From Octopus sinensis (lineage: Eukaryota), in assembly GCF_006345805.1 (NCBI RefSeq), contig NC_043002.1:42656001-42720000 (forward strand): a stretch of 64,000 bases of DNA. The letters are read 5' to 3'. A program made the translations under genes and the position numbers. Numbering within the stretch: position 1 is the first letter of the stretch; the number at the start of each line of letters is the position of its first letter. The notes below the pieces were generated by a model. The model was not told the origin of the DNA. It searched no databases and was given only the letters and a program-made list of their open reading frames with translations. Of this stretch, positions 52,821 to 64,000 are shown piece after piece.

Positions 52821-53314
52821 TGTGTGTATAAACGATATATGTATATTTGAACCCTGTGTTTGTGTGTATATATATATTTATATATATATACACACACATA
52901 GGGTTTTTGGGTTGCATGTGTTTTTTTAAAAAAAAACTACATATACTTATTTACTTGTTTTCACATAATTAACTTTAAAAATGTTTTTGCACCCTTTTTC
53001 TTTTATTTACCCTCCCGTCTGTTATTACAATTTCCTTTTCTACTTTTCCTTTTGTTCAGTCTCCGTATTGATTTTTTTTTCTTCTTCCTATTCATTTTAA
53101 TATTATAAACTAAACTAAGTTAGCATTTATGTTGTAATATTAATGGACTCACCTCATTTATTTCATAAATCATGAACAAAATATGTAAATTGTTAAAAGC
53201 ATTTCTTTTTTCGTAGTTGTGTGAACATACTCTTTTTACACGCGCGTATGTATGTATATTTTGTATATATGCAATGTGTGTATACATTTATATATAACGT
53301 GTATTTACATAAAT

Positions 53315-53356
<42 letters not shown>

Positions 53357-54448
53357 AAGTGTACAGTTGGTTCTTAGACGACTATTTATATATAACATAC
53401 AAACATTCGTTTATATATTTATACATACATGCATCATATATCCTTTTAAGAGCCTTGCAATCAAATCTCTCCTGTGAAAAAAAAATCAACAAAATATACT
53501 CATTTCCAATATTCCAATAACTAGAGAAAATAATTTTTGGTATTTGAAACTTTATTTGTTACATTATATACATATAGATATAAACAGTTTTTGTGAGTAC
53601 CTTTTCTCCAGAATGATTTATTCATAATATATATCTTTACCTAATATATACACATGTGTGTGTATGTGTGTATATAATGTTTATTTCTAATATGAAATTA
53701 TTTATTTTGTTGTGCCCATCCCCAGAAAGTTCGGCTTTATTGGGTCGATAGATGTTCCTTTTCGTATTTTCGAATCACAGCCATATTGACCGAAAAGCCT
53801 GTTGATTTGAAAGGTATTGCGAGAACCTTAATGATCAGTAACAATAAATGATTTCTTAGGCAAACGGTACCTATTGATTCGTAGAGCTGAGAGTATGCTT
53901 GAGAAAATTCTTTCATTCATGCCACTCCCAACATTTTGTGTCACGATATAATTCCAGAACTGTTTTGATATTAGTTGTTATTTTGTCCTTAGTCCCAAAT
54001 CAGCACCGTTTGAGCAAACCGTATGTATTTATGGTCGAGCTGTGCCAAACCCCACTTTATTTCTTTTCTTTGTTGTTCAGCCCGTAGTATAGTACATTCC
54101 AGACTACATTTTCCATTGTGTTTTTGTTGCAAGGGTGTAGATAGTATCGTGATTAGAGGGAGATATTTGTGACTATTTCTAGCCAGCCGAACTACCATGT
54201 ACGTAACTCACACAGGAACAGATAACACAAGTGAAGCGAACCAAAATCAGAAAGTGGCTCGGTATTGATGTTGCGATATGAAAACTTCATTTCTTCTATA
54301 AACGAGGTGGTTACAAGGCTTCAGGTTTAAAGGAGACAAGAGTAGAAAATCGGGATATACTGTGATCGATGTTCGTTCTTTATATTTCCTTTCCTTCTCG
54401 GAAACTATTAAGTAACATGGTTAAATAAAAGCAAATTAGATCCTTATG

Positions 54449-54503
<55 letters not shown>

Positions 54504-54571
54504 TCGTTTGTAGAAAACAAATCCAGAGAAGCAGACCACTAAGATGTAGAGCAGTATATATTAAAAATGGG

Positions 54572-54729
54572 GAAGACCGTTTATGGGATTACCTTAGGTT
54601 TCCTGTCTATAAAGAGTTTGGCTTTATGACGTATCGTCAGATCCCTAAAACCTAGGGATCTGATGATACACCATAAAGCTAAGTCCTTTATGGACGGGAA
54701 GCCTAAGGTAATCCCATAAATCGGCCTTC
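54572..54729. ncRNA. Palindromic double-hammerhead cassette; minus-strand ribozyme core intact (GUA)
   Basis: Arms of about 75 bp around a 7-nt loop. Minus motif 54585-54645: gggat-CTGACGA-..-GAAA-cc taa gg-TA-atccc. Plus motif 54655-54715: gggat-CTGATGA-..-GAAG-cc taa gg-TA-atccc. Confidence 0.8.
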
Positions 54730-54856
54730 TTCATTATATATATATATATATATCCTTTGGATCATTCATCACCTGTGTCGATTCGTCTGTTTTCATTTTA
54801 ATATCAACACTTTTAACTATGCTTTATATTATTTGTCGATTGTCTAAACGACTTCT

Positions 54857-54916
<60 letters not shown>

Positions 54917-55489
54917 TAGTGTGTGTCTGTTTATTTACATCTATGATACGTACGCGCGTTATTGTAAACTGAAGTCACTATCTGATGATTCATTTCATTG
55001 TTTTCTACCTTGATATTGTAGATTATCTCACGGGTGTACGTGTGTCTATTGTCTTTTCCAAAATACCTACAACGTGGCTAATTTTCATATTGTTTACAGC
55101 GCAATGACTCAACTTAATGTTTTGATATGAAAGAAACATCTGAGATAATTTGTCTTTCTTCTCTCTATACATAGATTTGCTGTTTTAGTTAATAAATCCA
55201 ATCAAGTCTGGGCAGGTTTAACATCAAACTTTCACAAAACATATGCATATTATTTTGTTAGCAAACGGAGCCCAACCCAGACGAGGTCTTCTCTAGTTGG
55301 TTCAATTACTAACTTTTTTTTATCAAGTTAGTTATTTAGAAAAGGGTTTGGGCTTGCTTCAAATATCTAAGCAATCTGTCAAATTCGGTCTTTCTAACTA
55401 AAAATAAACTCATTAAATATATTATTATACTGAAATTGTTGCTTGATATGTATATAGTTTTAGAAGTGTGTGTTTGCGCGCGCGTATAT

Positions 55490-55826
55490 ATATATATATA
55501 TAATCTTTTACTTGTTTCGATCATTTAACTGTGGCCATACTAGGGTACTGCCATGAAGCATGTTAGTCGATATATCGATCTCAGGACTTATTTTTTAATG
55601 CTTAGTACTTATTCTATCGATCTGTTTTGCTGAACCGCTAGATTACGGGGGCGTAAACTCATCACCGGTTGTCAAGCGGTGGAGGGGGGCAAACCTAGAC
55701 AAAGACACACACATAAATATATACATACGGATTTTCAGTTTCCGTCTACCAAATCCATTCAAGGATTTGGCCTGGAACTATGTCGTTGAGAAGCAACTTC
55801 TTACCACACAGCCACGCCTTCACCTT

Positions 55827-55830
<4 letters not shown>
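55490..55830 (-). mobile_element. SINE (family of 7520)
   Basis: tttcagtttccgtctaccaaatccattc...gcaacttcttaccacacagccacg. Confidence 0.75.
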
Positions 55831-55896
<66 letters not shown>

Positions 55897-56385
55897 TGTG
55901 TGTGTAATTGCACACGAACCCGCTTATTACAAGCACCTGTGGAGTGGAGTTTTCTTGATAACTTTAACCGGTCAGTAACATTGAGCAAAGGATATAAAAA
56001 TGTGAGCAATCTGTTTTTGAAATACACAGGTTTTATAATTACCTGCCTACGTTTGTGTGTGTAAATGCGCATATGTATATGTACACATATGAACTAATTC
56101 TGTTAGCCTCACCGACCAACTTAATAGTACCAATACTTTAACCTCCAGCACTAGCACATTGGCTTTCGCCATTGTCATTCATCTGTCATTTCTCCATAGG
56201 TAGTGTGTCTGCTGCTTTGATCTTGCTATTGTCTCCTTACTGATTATAGGCAATACTTTAAGCTACGACAGTTGTAGCTTAAAAATGAGCGACTAATGAA
56301 GTGTTTTATTCAAAAAGTTTGGTAACAGTTAGAAGCTTTTGGAACTGATTAATTTTGATCACATACACACACAAATTGCAACTAC

Positions 56386-56453
<68 letters not shown>

Positions 56454-57099
56454 AATTGAGATAGGGGTTGCAAATTCAACCCTCCATGGGATAACATATA
56501 TCCAATATACTATATATATATATATATCCATAACCAGTAATTCCTGGTTCTGTTTTCATAATAGTTTCGCTAATCCAGTAACAACAATACAAAGTATGTA
56601 GCCTTTAAAACGGTTTTTGTGCATTTACATAGAATACCGAGCTGTCTTACATAGCATCTTGTTTTTAGGAACTCCCAATGAGTTATGAATACCCAAATTG
56701 TGAGGTCAGTTATGTAATAACATGAAATTAATTAACCGATAGTAAGAATTGAAATAAATTAGCCCCGAAAAGGGCTTTAATATGTTCCCAGAGTATATAG
56801 AACCTAGGAGGAAATACTAATAAGGTATGTATACTAAAATCGTGAAGCATGTTACGTGATAACAGGCTAATCAGATATGAGATAATAACAATTCAAAGTA
56901 AATAACTCTGAAAAGGGCTTTTGTGCATTCCCAGAGAATATTCTCAGCAGCACTAGTGTTGGTATATTCATGAATAAGTCACTAACCGAAATAAGTGGAT
57001 CTATTGTTTAGGAAAATGCTGTTTACTAGTTTAAGCGTTGTACTGGATAAATTGCGAAAATAAGTCTAAATAAGCATACTCAATTTCATTTACACCAAA

Positions 57100-57400
57100 C
57101 AATTTATGAAGATGAATGAGTTATTTCCCTTGGCTTTATTAAGGATCCCTTCCAGGAGCGAATGGGTTGTTTTCCTTGGTTTTTAAAATAAAATATATTA
57201 GATATCTATAAGGATGCCTTCCAGGGTCCCTATTATCGATTTTTTTTTCATCAATCTAAGTATGTCATGAGGTTTCCAAACATGAGTTCTACTCATGTGT
57301 CAAGTTTCATAAAAATTGATAAAATGATGTATGAGGAGTTAGTTGACAAACCCACAAACAAACACATCCACAGACAGAATTTTCCACATATGTAGTAGAT
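57100..57400 (+). mobile_element. Non-autonomous Helitron/Helentron (DINE-like) 3' end
   Basis: ...tgtgtcaagtttcataaaaattg...gaggagttagttgacaaac-(caaa/caca)-cagacagaattttccacatatgtagtagat; resembles DINE/HINE 3' ends, from pattern recall only. Confidence 0.4.
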
Positions 57401-57403
57401 ATA

Positions 57404-57522
57404 ATTTAATAGACACAATACATGTTTTTATGTGCTACTAATTGTTTCATGTGTTGAGAGCTAACTCAAGCATATTCATCAGGTACAAACTCCACTATTA
57501 GTAACACATGTGTCTATTAAAT
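57404..57522 (-). ncRNA. 119-bp cassette with 14-bp TIR enclosing a type I hammerhead (57431-57487, GUA)
   Basis: TIR atttaatagacaca / tgtgtctattaaat. Minus strand: tgtac-CTGATGA-atatgcttgag(ttagct)ctcaacacat-GAAA-c aatta g-TA-gcaca; one mismatch in helix I. Confidence 0.7.
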
Positions 57523-58179
57523 ATCTATCTCTCACCAGATGGAGTACTTTTTTTGTCCTTAACATCACTGAACGGTACATTATATATATATATATATATA
57601 ATTTATGTGAAATAGAAAGATGAATAATCTCGTAGCAGATTAATCAAAAGTTTAACCGATACCTTGGTAGCAAAAATCACACCAGTAAACAGCACGGTTG
57701 GAGGTACAACCATATGGTGTTGCAACCGTGCGTTGGTGCGGATAATTGAGATATATATATTTATTTTAAAAATGAAAAGAATGACTTCATGGTAGTTCTA
57801 ATTAATTTAATTTTCTAATAATATAATATAATTTAATTTTACAGTTTGGTTTGTAGATCTAATTTCTTTGTTAACTTCAATGGGGAGATGTTTTAAAGAT
57901 TCCTTGTTAACTTTTGTGGAGAACTTTCTCGCATTAACAAGGAATGTTTAAGAAATCTCCCTACTGAAGTTAACAAAGAACTTAATAGATCTTCAAACCA
58001 AACTGTAAAATTATATTAAATTATTAGAAAATTAAATGAATTTGAACTAGTCATTCTTTTCCTTTTTCAAATATACCTAACTGTACCAAAGATTTCATAT
58101 ATTTTCTAATATGTATATATATATGTATATATATATCATAAACGTACGTTAAACGATGATGATGATGATATATATATAT

Positions 58180-58427
58180 CATCATCATCATTTAACGTAC
58201 GTTTTCCATGCTAGCATGGGTTGGACGGTTCAACTGGGGTCTGGGAAGCCAAAAAGCTGCGCCAGGCCCAGTTTGATCTGGCAGTGTTTCTATGGCTGGA
58301 TGCCCTTCCTAACGCCAACCACTGTGAGTGTAGTGGGTTCTTTTTACGTGCCACCTGAGGCTGGCAAACGGCCACGATCGGTTGGTACTTTTTACGTGCC
58401 ACCGGCACGGAGGCTAGCAACGGCCAC
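58180..58427 (-). mobile_element. Short RTE 3' tail copy inserted in (TA)n
   Basis: (cat)n-ttaacgtacgttttccatgctagcatggg...gcccttcctaacgccaacc...; flanked by TA repeats. Confidence 0.8.
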
Positions 58428-58506
<79 letters not shown>

Positions 58507-58510
58507 ATAT

Positions 58511-58775
58511 AGTTAGTTAGTTAGTTAATTTGGCTCAAAAGCAAATAGCAAGGCCATGTAGGGGGACATGGAGTTAAGTACAGGGTGGTGTTCATGTAAA
58601 GAGTTCAGGCCACTTGAGGTCAAGGGAGGCTTTGAACAAAGCGGTCTTCGGCATCTTCACCATCTCGTCTGGCAGCTTGTTCCACGGATCCGCAACCCGG
58701 ACGGAGAAAGCTCCTCTCCTTCGATTGAGATGAAATCGTCGCAGGTAGAGCTTTTCGGAATGACCCCGCAGCCGA
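58511..58775 (-). mobile_element. Severely 5'-truncated CR1 (same family as 1336-2072)
   Basis: RLRGHSEKLYLRRFHLNRRRGAFSVRVADPWNKLP; (TAAC)n tail at 58511-58528. Confidence 0.9.
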
Positions 58776-58832
58776 CATGTGTGTATGTATATATATATTC
58801 TGTGCTTGTGTGTACACACACACACACACATA

Positions 58833-60897
58833 CATCATCATCATCATCATTTAACGTCCGCTTTCCATACTAGCATGGGTTGGACGGTTCAACTGGGGTC
58901 TGGGGAGCCCGAAAGCTGCACCAGTCCAGTCAGATCTGGCAGTGTTTCTACAGCTGGATGCCCTTCATAACGCCAACCACTCCGAGAGTGTAGTGGGTGA
59001 TTTTATGTGCCACCGACACAGGTGCCAGACGAGGCTGGCAAACGGCCACGCTCGGATGGTGTTTTTTATGTGCCACCGACACAGGTGCCAGACGAGGCTG
59101 GCAGACGGCCACGCTCGGATGGTGTTTTTATGTGCCACCGACACAGGTGCCAGATGAGGCTGGCAAACGACCACGATCGGATGGTGCTTGTTACGTGACC
59201 ACAGCACGGAGGCCAGTCGATGCGGTACTGGCTACGGCCACGTTCGGATGGTTTTATTGTGTGCCACGTGCCACCGGCACTGGTACCACAAAGATACAAA
59301 TTCCATTGATGTTCATCTATTTTGATTTGTTTTGATTTGATTTTCACTTGCCTCAACAGGTCTTCACAAGTGTCACAAGAAGGAAGGTATGTACAGGTGG
59401 ACTGACTACGTCCCAGGTAGGGGCCATGGTTATGGCCTGACTAGTCTTGCCGGGTCTTCGGATGGTGTTTTTATGTGCCACCGACACAGGTGCTAGATGA
59501 GGCTGGCGAACGGCCACGATCGGATGGTGTTTGTCATGTGCCCACCGCACTGACTACAGCACTGATGGATTCTTGTGTGCCACAGGCACTGGTACCACGA
59601 GATACAAATTCCATTGATGTTCATCTATTTTGTCTATTTTGATTTGATTTTGATTTTGATTTTGATTTTGATTTGATTTTCACTTGCCTCAACCGGTCTT
59701 CACAAGTGTCACAAGAAGGAAGGTATGCACAGGTGGACTGACTAGTCTTGCCGGGTCTTCGGAAGGTGTTTTTATGTGCCACCGACACAGGTGCCAGATG
59801 AGGCTGGTGAACGGCCATGATCGGATGGTGTTTGTTACGTGCCCACAGCACGGAGGCCGGTCGATGCGGAACTGGCTACGGCCACGTTCGGATGGTTCTC
59901 ATGTGTGCCACCGGCACTGGTACCACAAAGATACAGATTCCATTGATGTTCATCTATTTTGATTTGTTTTGATTTTGATTTTGATTTTCACTTGCCTCAA
60001 CAGGTCTTCACAAGTGTCACAAGAAGGAAGGTATGCACAGGTGGACTGACTACGTCCCAGGTAGGGGCCATGGGTTATGGCCTGACTAGTCTTGCCGGGT
60101 CTTCGGATGGTGTTTTTATGTGCCACCGACACAGGTGCTAGATGAGGCTGGCGAACGGCCACGATCGGATGGTGTTTGTCATGTGCCCACAGCACGGAGG
60201 CCAGTCGATGCGGTACTGGCTACGGCCACTTTCGGATGGTTTTCTCTTGTGTGCCACCGGCACTGGTACCACAAAGATACAAATTCCATTGATGTTCATC
60301 TATTTTGATTTGTTTTGATTTGATTTTGATTTTGATTTTCACTTGCCACAACAGGACTTCACAAGTATCACAAGGAGGAAGGTATGCACAGGTGGACTGA
60401 CTACGTCCCAGGTAGGGGCCATGGTTTATGGCCTGACTAGTCTTGCCGGGTCTTCGGATGGTGTTTTTATGTGCCACCGACACAGGTGCTAGATGAGGCT
60501 GGCGAATGGCCACGACCGGATGGTGTTTGTTATGTGCCCACAGCACGATGGCCAGTGATGCGGTACTGACTACGGCCATGTTCGGATGGATTCTTGTGTG
60601 CCACCGGCACTGGTACCACAAGCGGTACTGACTACTTTTTATGTGCCACCGACACAGGTGCTAGATGAGGCTGGCGAACGGCCACGACCGGATGGTGTTT
60701 GTTATGTGCCCACAGCACGATGGCCAGTGATGCGGTACTGACTACGGCCACGTTCGGATGGATTCTTGTGTGCCACCGGCACTGGTACCACAAGCGGTAC
60801 TGACTACGGCCACGTTCGGATGGATTCCTGTGTGCCACCGGCACTGGTACCACAAAGATACAAATTCCATTGATGTTCATCCATTTTGATTTGTTTT
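58833..60897 (-). mobile_element. RTE 3'UTR modular tandem array, ~2.06 kb, no ORF reached
   Basis: Same terminal sequence as 30696 and 42990; the cacttgcc module recurs at 59345, 59681, 59989 and 60340. Confidence 0.85.
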
Positions 60898-60999
60898 GTA
60901 GGCAAATAATATTTTCATTGTTTCTAAACTTTAAGATATTTTGGCCTTTAAAATTTTTTAAAGAGCTGTTAGAGGAGGGGGAGGGGCAGTGACCTTTGG

Positions 61000-61330
61000 C
61001 CTTTGTAAGTTCTCTCAGACTGATCTGATTGTTTGCAGTTGGTGCTCAGGTCAAACACCAGTAATCTGGCATTGAGTAGGGAAAGTAAATGCAGAGGTGG
61101 AGTGCTGCTATTCTGGGGGAGAAAGGATTTAACTGAAATGTTTTGGGCCGTATTTGAGTAGTGAGATATGGTAAGAGTAACAAGTATGTTGAGAAAGTTC
61201 AATTGGTGATGGTGGCATGTGATAGCTTGTTCAAAGGAGGATCAGATACCATTGCAGTTTAATGATAGAAGAAACAGCATGTCTGTAAGCTAAGTGAATG
61301 AATCATGATGGTGATAGAATTTTTACCAAT
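61000..61330 (-). mobile_element. Possible decayed Penelope-like RT fragment
   Basis: Minus-strand HHQLNFLNI...FPYS resembles the PLE RT FLDI/IPYS segments; weak. Confidence 0.25.
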
Positions 61331-62439
61331 TAATCAAATGACTTTCTTTTGGATTTAGTCTAAGTTGTTCGTTTTTAATAACAAATGGCTTTAGATTATA
61401 ATCAAATAAAAATAACTAATTTCTTTGTTGATCAACCCTGATCAAGCAAACTTATCATCAAAAGCATACTGGTTGTAATCTCTTTTCATTTTAAGATATT
61501 TGTAGGACTACTAATTATCCAATGTGTCTTTTCTTTATTTAGTTTGAGGTAGATTTGGCTGCTATTTCTAGCAGGTCAAGCAATCATGCATATATTCTTT
61601 CATTTGTATGTATTTGTTTGGTTATTTTATGCATTTTTTTCTGTACTAGCATGGATTTGACATTGTTTTGTTATTGAGGCATTCTCTTCCTGTCTCTAAA
61701 TCTTTACCTGTTTTTCAAGTAATTGATTTTTTTTTTTAAAGTTACCTTTGTGTTTAATAGAAAGTGCTGTGCTAGCAGATGATTTGTTCACAGAGAATGT
61801 CAACAATCATCACAATCATTAATGTGAAGCTTAGAATATAAACACCCATGCACATACACACATTTCAATGCATGCACACACACATACACAGGCTTCCATA
61901 CAGTTTCTAGCTAAGATGCTGTGCAGTGAGAGAGAACTCAAGTGTATGTGATAACAAAGTGAACTCCTTATTCACACAATCACATCTCTGTATACAGTGT
62001 ATATCAATTTGACTAGACTTATAAGGGAAAATACAAAGGAAGTTGCAAGAATGATTGAGTCAAACAGGTTCTGTAACCAGTCATTGGACATCATCTGATA
62101 TATCTTTCGATTTAAAAAAAAAAAATAATAATAGGATGTGAAGGAAATTTAATTGTTATATCTAGCCATTTGAGTGACTGTATAAGCTTCTTCATTGAAC
62201 TGACTAATAATCAAAGGCATTCCAGCCATGACTATACATTCTTATTTTCAGACATAGTATTATCAAGGCCTCTTTATCCAGTGTACCCTGCTTTGTGTAA
62301 CTCCTTTTAGAAGCTGGAGATTTTGTTAATCAGGTATATAAATAACTATTGCATGAATTTGGATGAAATTTGCTAAGTTAATGATTGTTGAAGTATGTTC
62401 TGAATGTGGTTTTTACCTGTTGTCATGTCTCTTTCTCTT

Positions 62440-63560
62440 GCCCATGTAAGTTGATTACACATAGGTGTTTTCACAAGTATATGAAATACCATTCTGAGAT
62501 ATGCCTGCATCCCCTCCATCGAGTAAATGGAGGTGGCATTGCTCTGTTAACGTGCTGACCTTGTGAGCTCATCAGTCATCCTGAGAAAAAAATTTCTTCA
62601 GGAAAAATCTGAAGAAAATACTTAATCAGCTTTACTTCTAGGTTTAAAGGTTTTGTTGGGTCCACATCATTAATGAAAATATTGATACAATGATCAACAA
62701 TGTGATAACTCCACTCCTGCTCTGAATCAATAAACCCCAGTGTCACTTAAATCGATGATGTGTACAGATGTCACTAATATATCACTCATTATTTTCTCTA
62801 ATAATATTTCAAAGTAGGTGTTGGACTTAGGCAGGGGTGCATATTGTTACCTCTCCTTTTCAAGATATCTGTGAACTGGATTGACATGCACAGCCATTTT
62901 AGAAGTGGTATCATAATTGGTGAGTGCAGGATATTGGTTGGCTGATATTTGCAGAGAACATAGTGTAGCTTGGCTCACTAGATGATCTCCTGCATGCATT
63001 GAATGGGTTTGCTGCTGAATGCTGCATAGCAAGAATGAGAATTAGTGTTGCAAAGGCTAAGACATTAGTTCTCTCAACAAAGTCTTCCTATTGCATTCTG
63101 AATGGTAGTGGAACATCACTGAGGCAAGTGGAGAAGTTTAAGTATTTCAGGACTGTATTCACAAGTCATACGAAGCAGGAGGCTGACTTAGATGCTAGGA
63201 TTGCAGGTGCTGGCATTCTAATGTGCCAGCTTCGGCACTTGATTCTCAGAAGAGGAGGGATTGGTTTAAAAAAAGCCAAAACTTGTAATGATCGAAAGAG
63301 TATGACTATAAATACAAGTAGCCAAAATGGGACTCCTTTGAAGGATCTCTGATGTAACATTAGTCAACAAGCTACACAGCTCCCAGATCGGGGTGTCTCT
63401 CCAGGTTATGTTACTACTCCTCTGTAGTGAGAGGTTACAGCTCCAGTTCTATGGACATGTGATTAAAATGTTGCAAAAAAAAAAATCATGTGATGGATTC
63501 TTCAACTAAGCCTGCTGACAGGAGACCTAGGAGTAACCCAAGAATGACAAAACCCTGCTT
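62440..63560 (+). mobile_element. Decayed RTE-type LINE (different subfamily, no PHD insert)
   Basis: FKVGVGLRQGCILLPLLF, MRISVAKAKTLVL...LRQVEKFKYF...LDARIAGAG; boundaries approximate. Confidence 0.65.
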
Positions 63561-63649
63561 CCATCTGAAATATGGCTTTGTCCAAAATGTAAAAAGGAGG
63601 CAGTAGGAATTCCACACTATGTAACTCATTTAAATTGGATGCATAAGGT

Positions 63650-64000
63650 TTTGTGGAGTCATTGTTAGGCAATCACATGTGGCAGGTGCACAATACTAAG
63701 AGCACTTGTGAAATATAATTCTATGATATTTCTCTACAAGGAGTTCATAGCTTCTGTTACTTAGGAGACCTAATTAGTAGTTGGGTTGGGACAGGTGTTC
63801 TGAAAGTGTAGGAGCCAGAGTAAGAACTGATTAGAGAAAGTTCAGTGTGCTATTACATCAACTGACATCATAGGGCATCTCCCTCAGAGTGAAGGGCAGA
63901 TTGTATGATGCTTGTGTGCTATGTGGTAGTGAGGTGTGGGCTTTGAATACAGAAGATTTACGAAGGTTAGAAAGAAATAAACAAAATGAACATACTCTAC
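63650..64000 (+). mobile_element. Decayed RTE RT C-terminal fragment
   Basis: cctcagagtgaagggcagattgtatgatgcttgtgtg encodes [12 protein letters not shown]. Confidence 0.65.

Noticed and set aside
57680-57738. 9-bp hairpin gcacggttg/caaccgtgc enclosing accatatggt
   Set aside because: Short, single copy in the window and no ribozyme core; could be chance or an unrecognised relic.

Overview
AT-rich, repeat-dense animal genomic DNA. The dense (TA)n/(CA)n tracts, the tRNA-head SINEs, the RTE LINEs with (GAT)n tails and the TTAA-flanked MITEs resemble an octopus (coleoid cephalopod) genome; this is inferred from repeat style, not from a database match. There is no intact long gene. Most of the ORF track is microsatellite translation or decayed transposon. 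Host-gene evidence is limited to one well-formed Pro/Tyr-rich minus-strand exon (4550-4666) and a phase-compatible candidate start exon (51077-51089). The window also holds many RTE copies, several with a PHD-finger-like Cys/His insert inside the RT and three with a modular tandem-repeat 3'UTR. Other elements are CR1 3' ends, mariner/DD37D transposase relics, a Penelope GIY-YIG fragment and several MITE families. The most notable feature is nine type I hammerhead-ribozyme-like motifs, none named in the ORF track. Four have intact cores (26002+, 31804-, 54585-, 57431-) and five are degenerate. They sit in small non-coding cassettes with inverted repeats, including two homologous ~160-bp palindromes built from two back-to-back hammerheads. 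All ribozyme calls come from reading the sequence by eye, and none is tested for activity.
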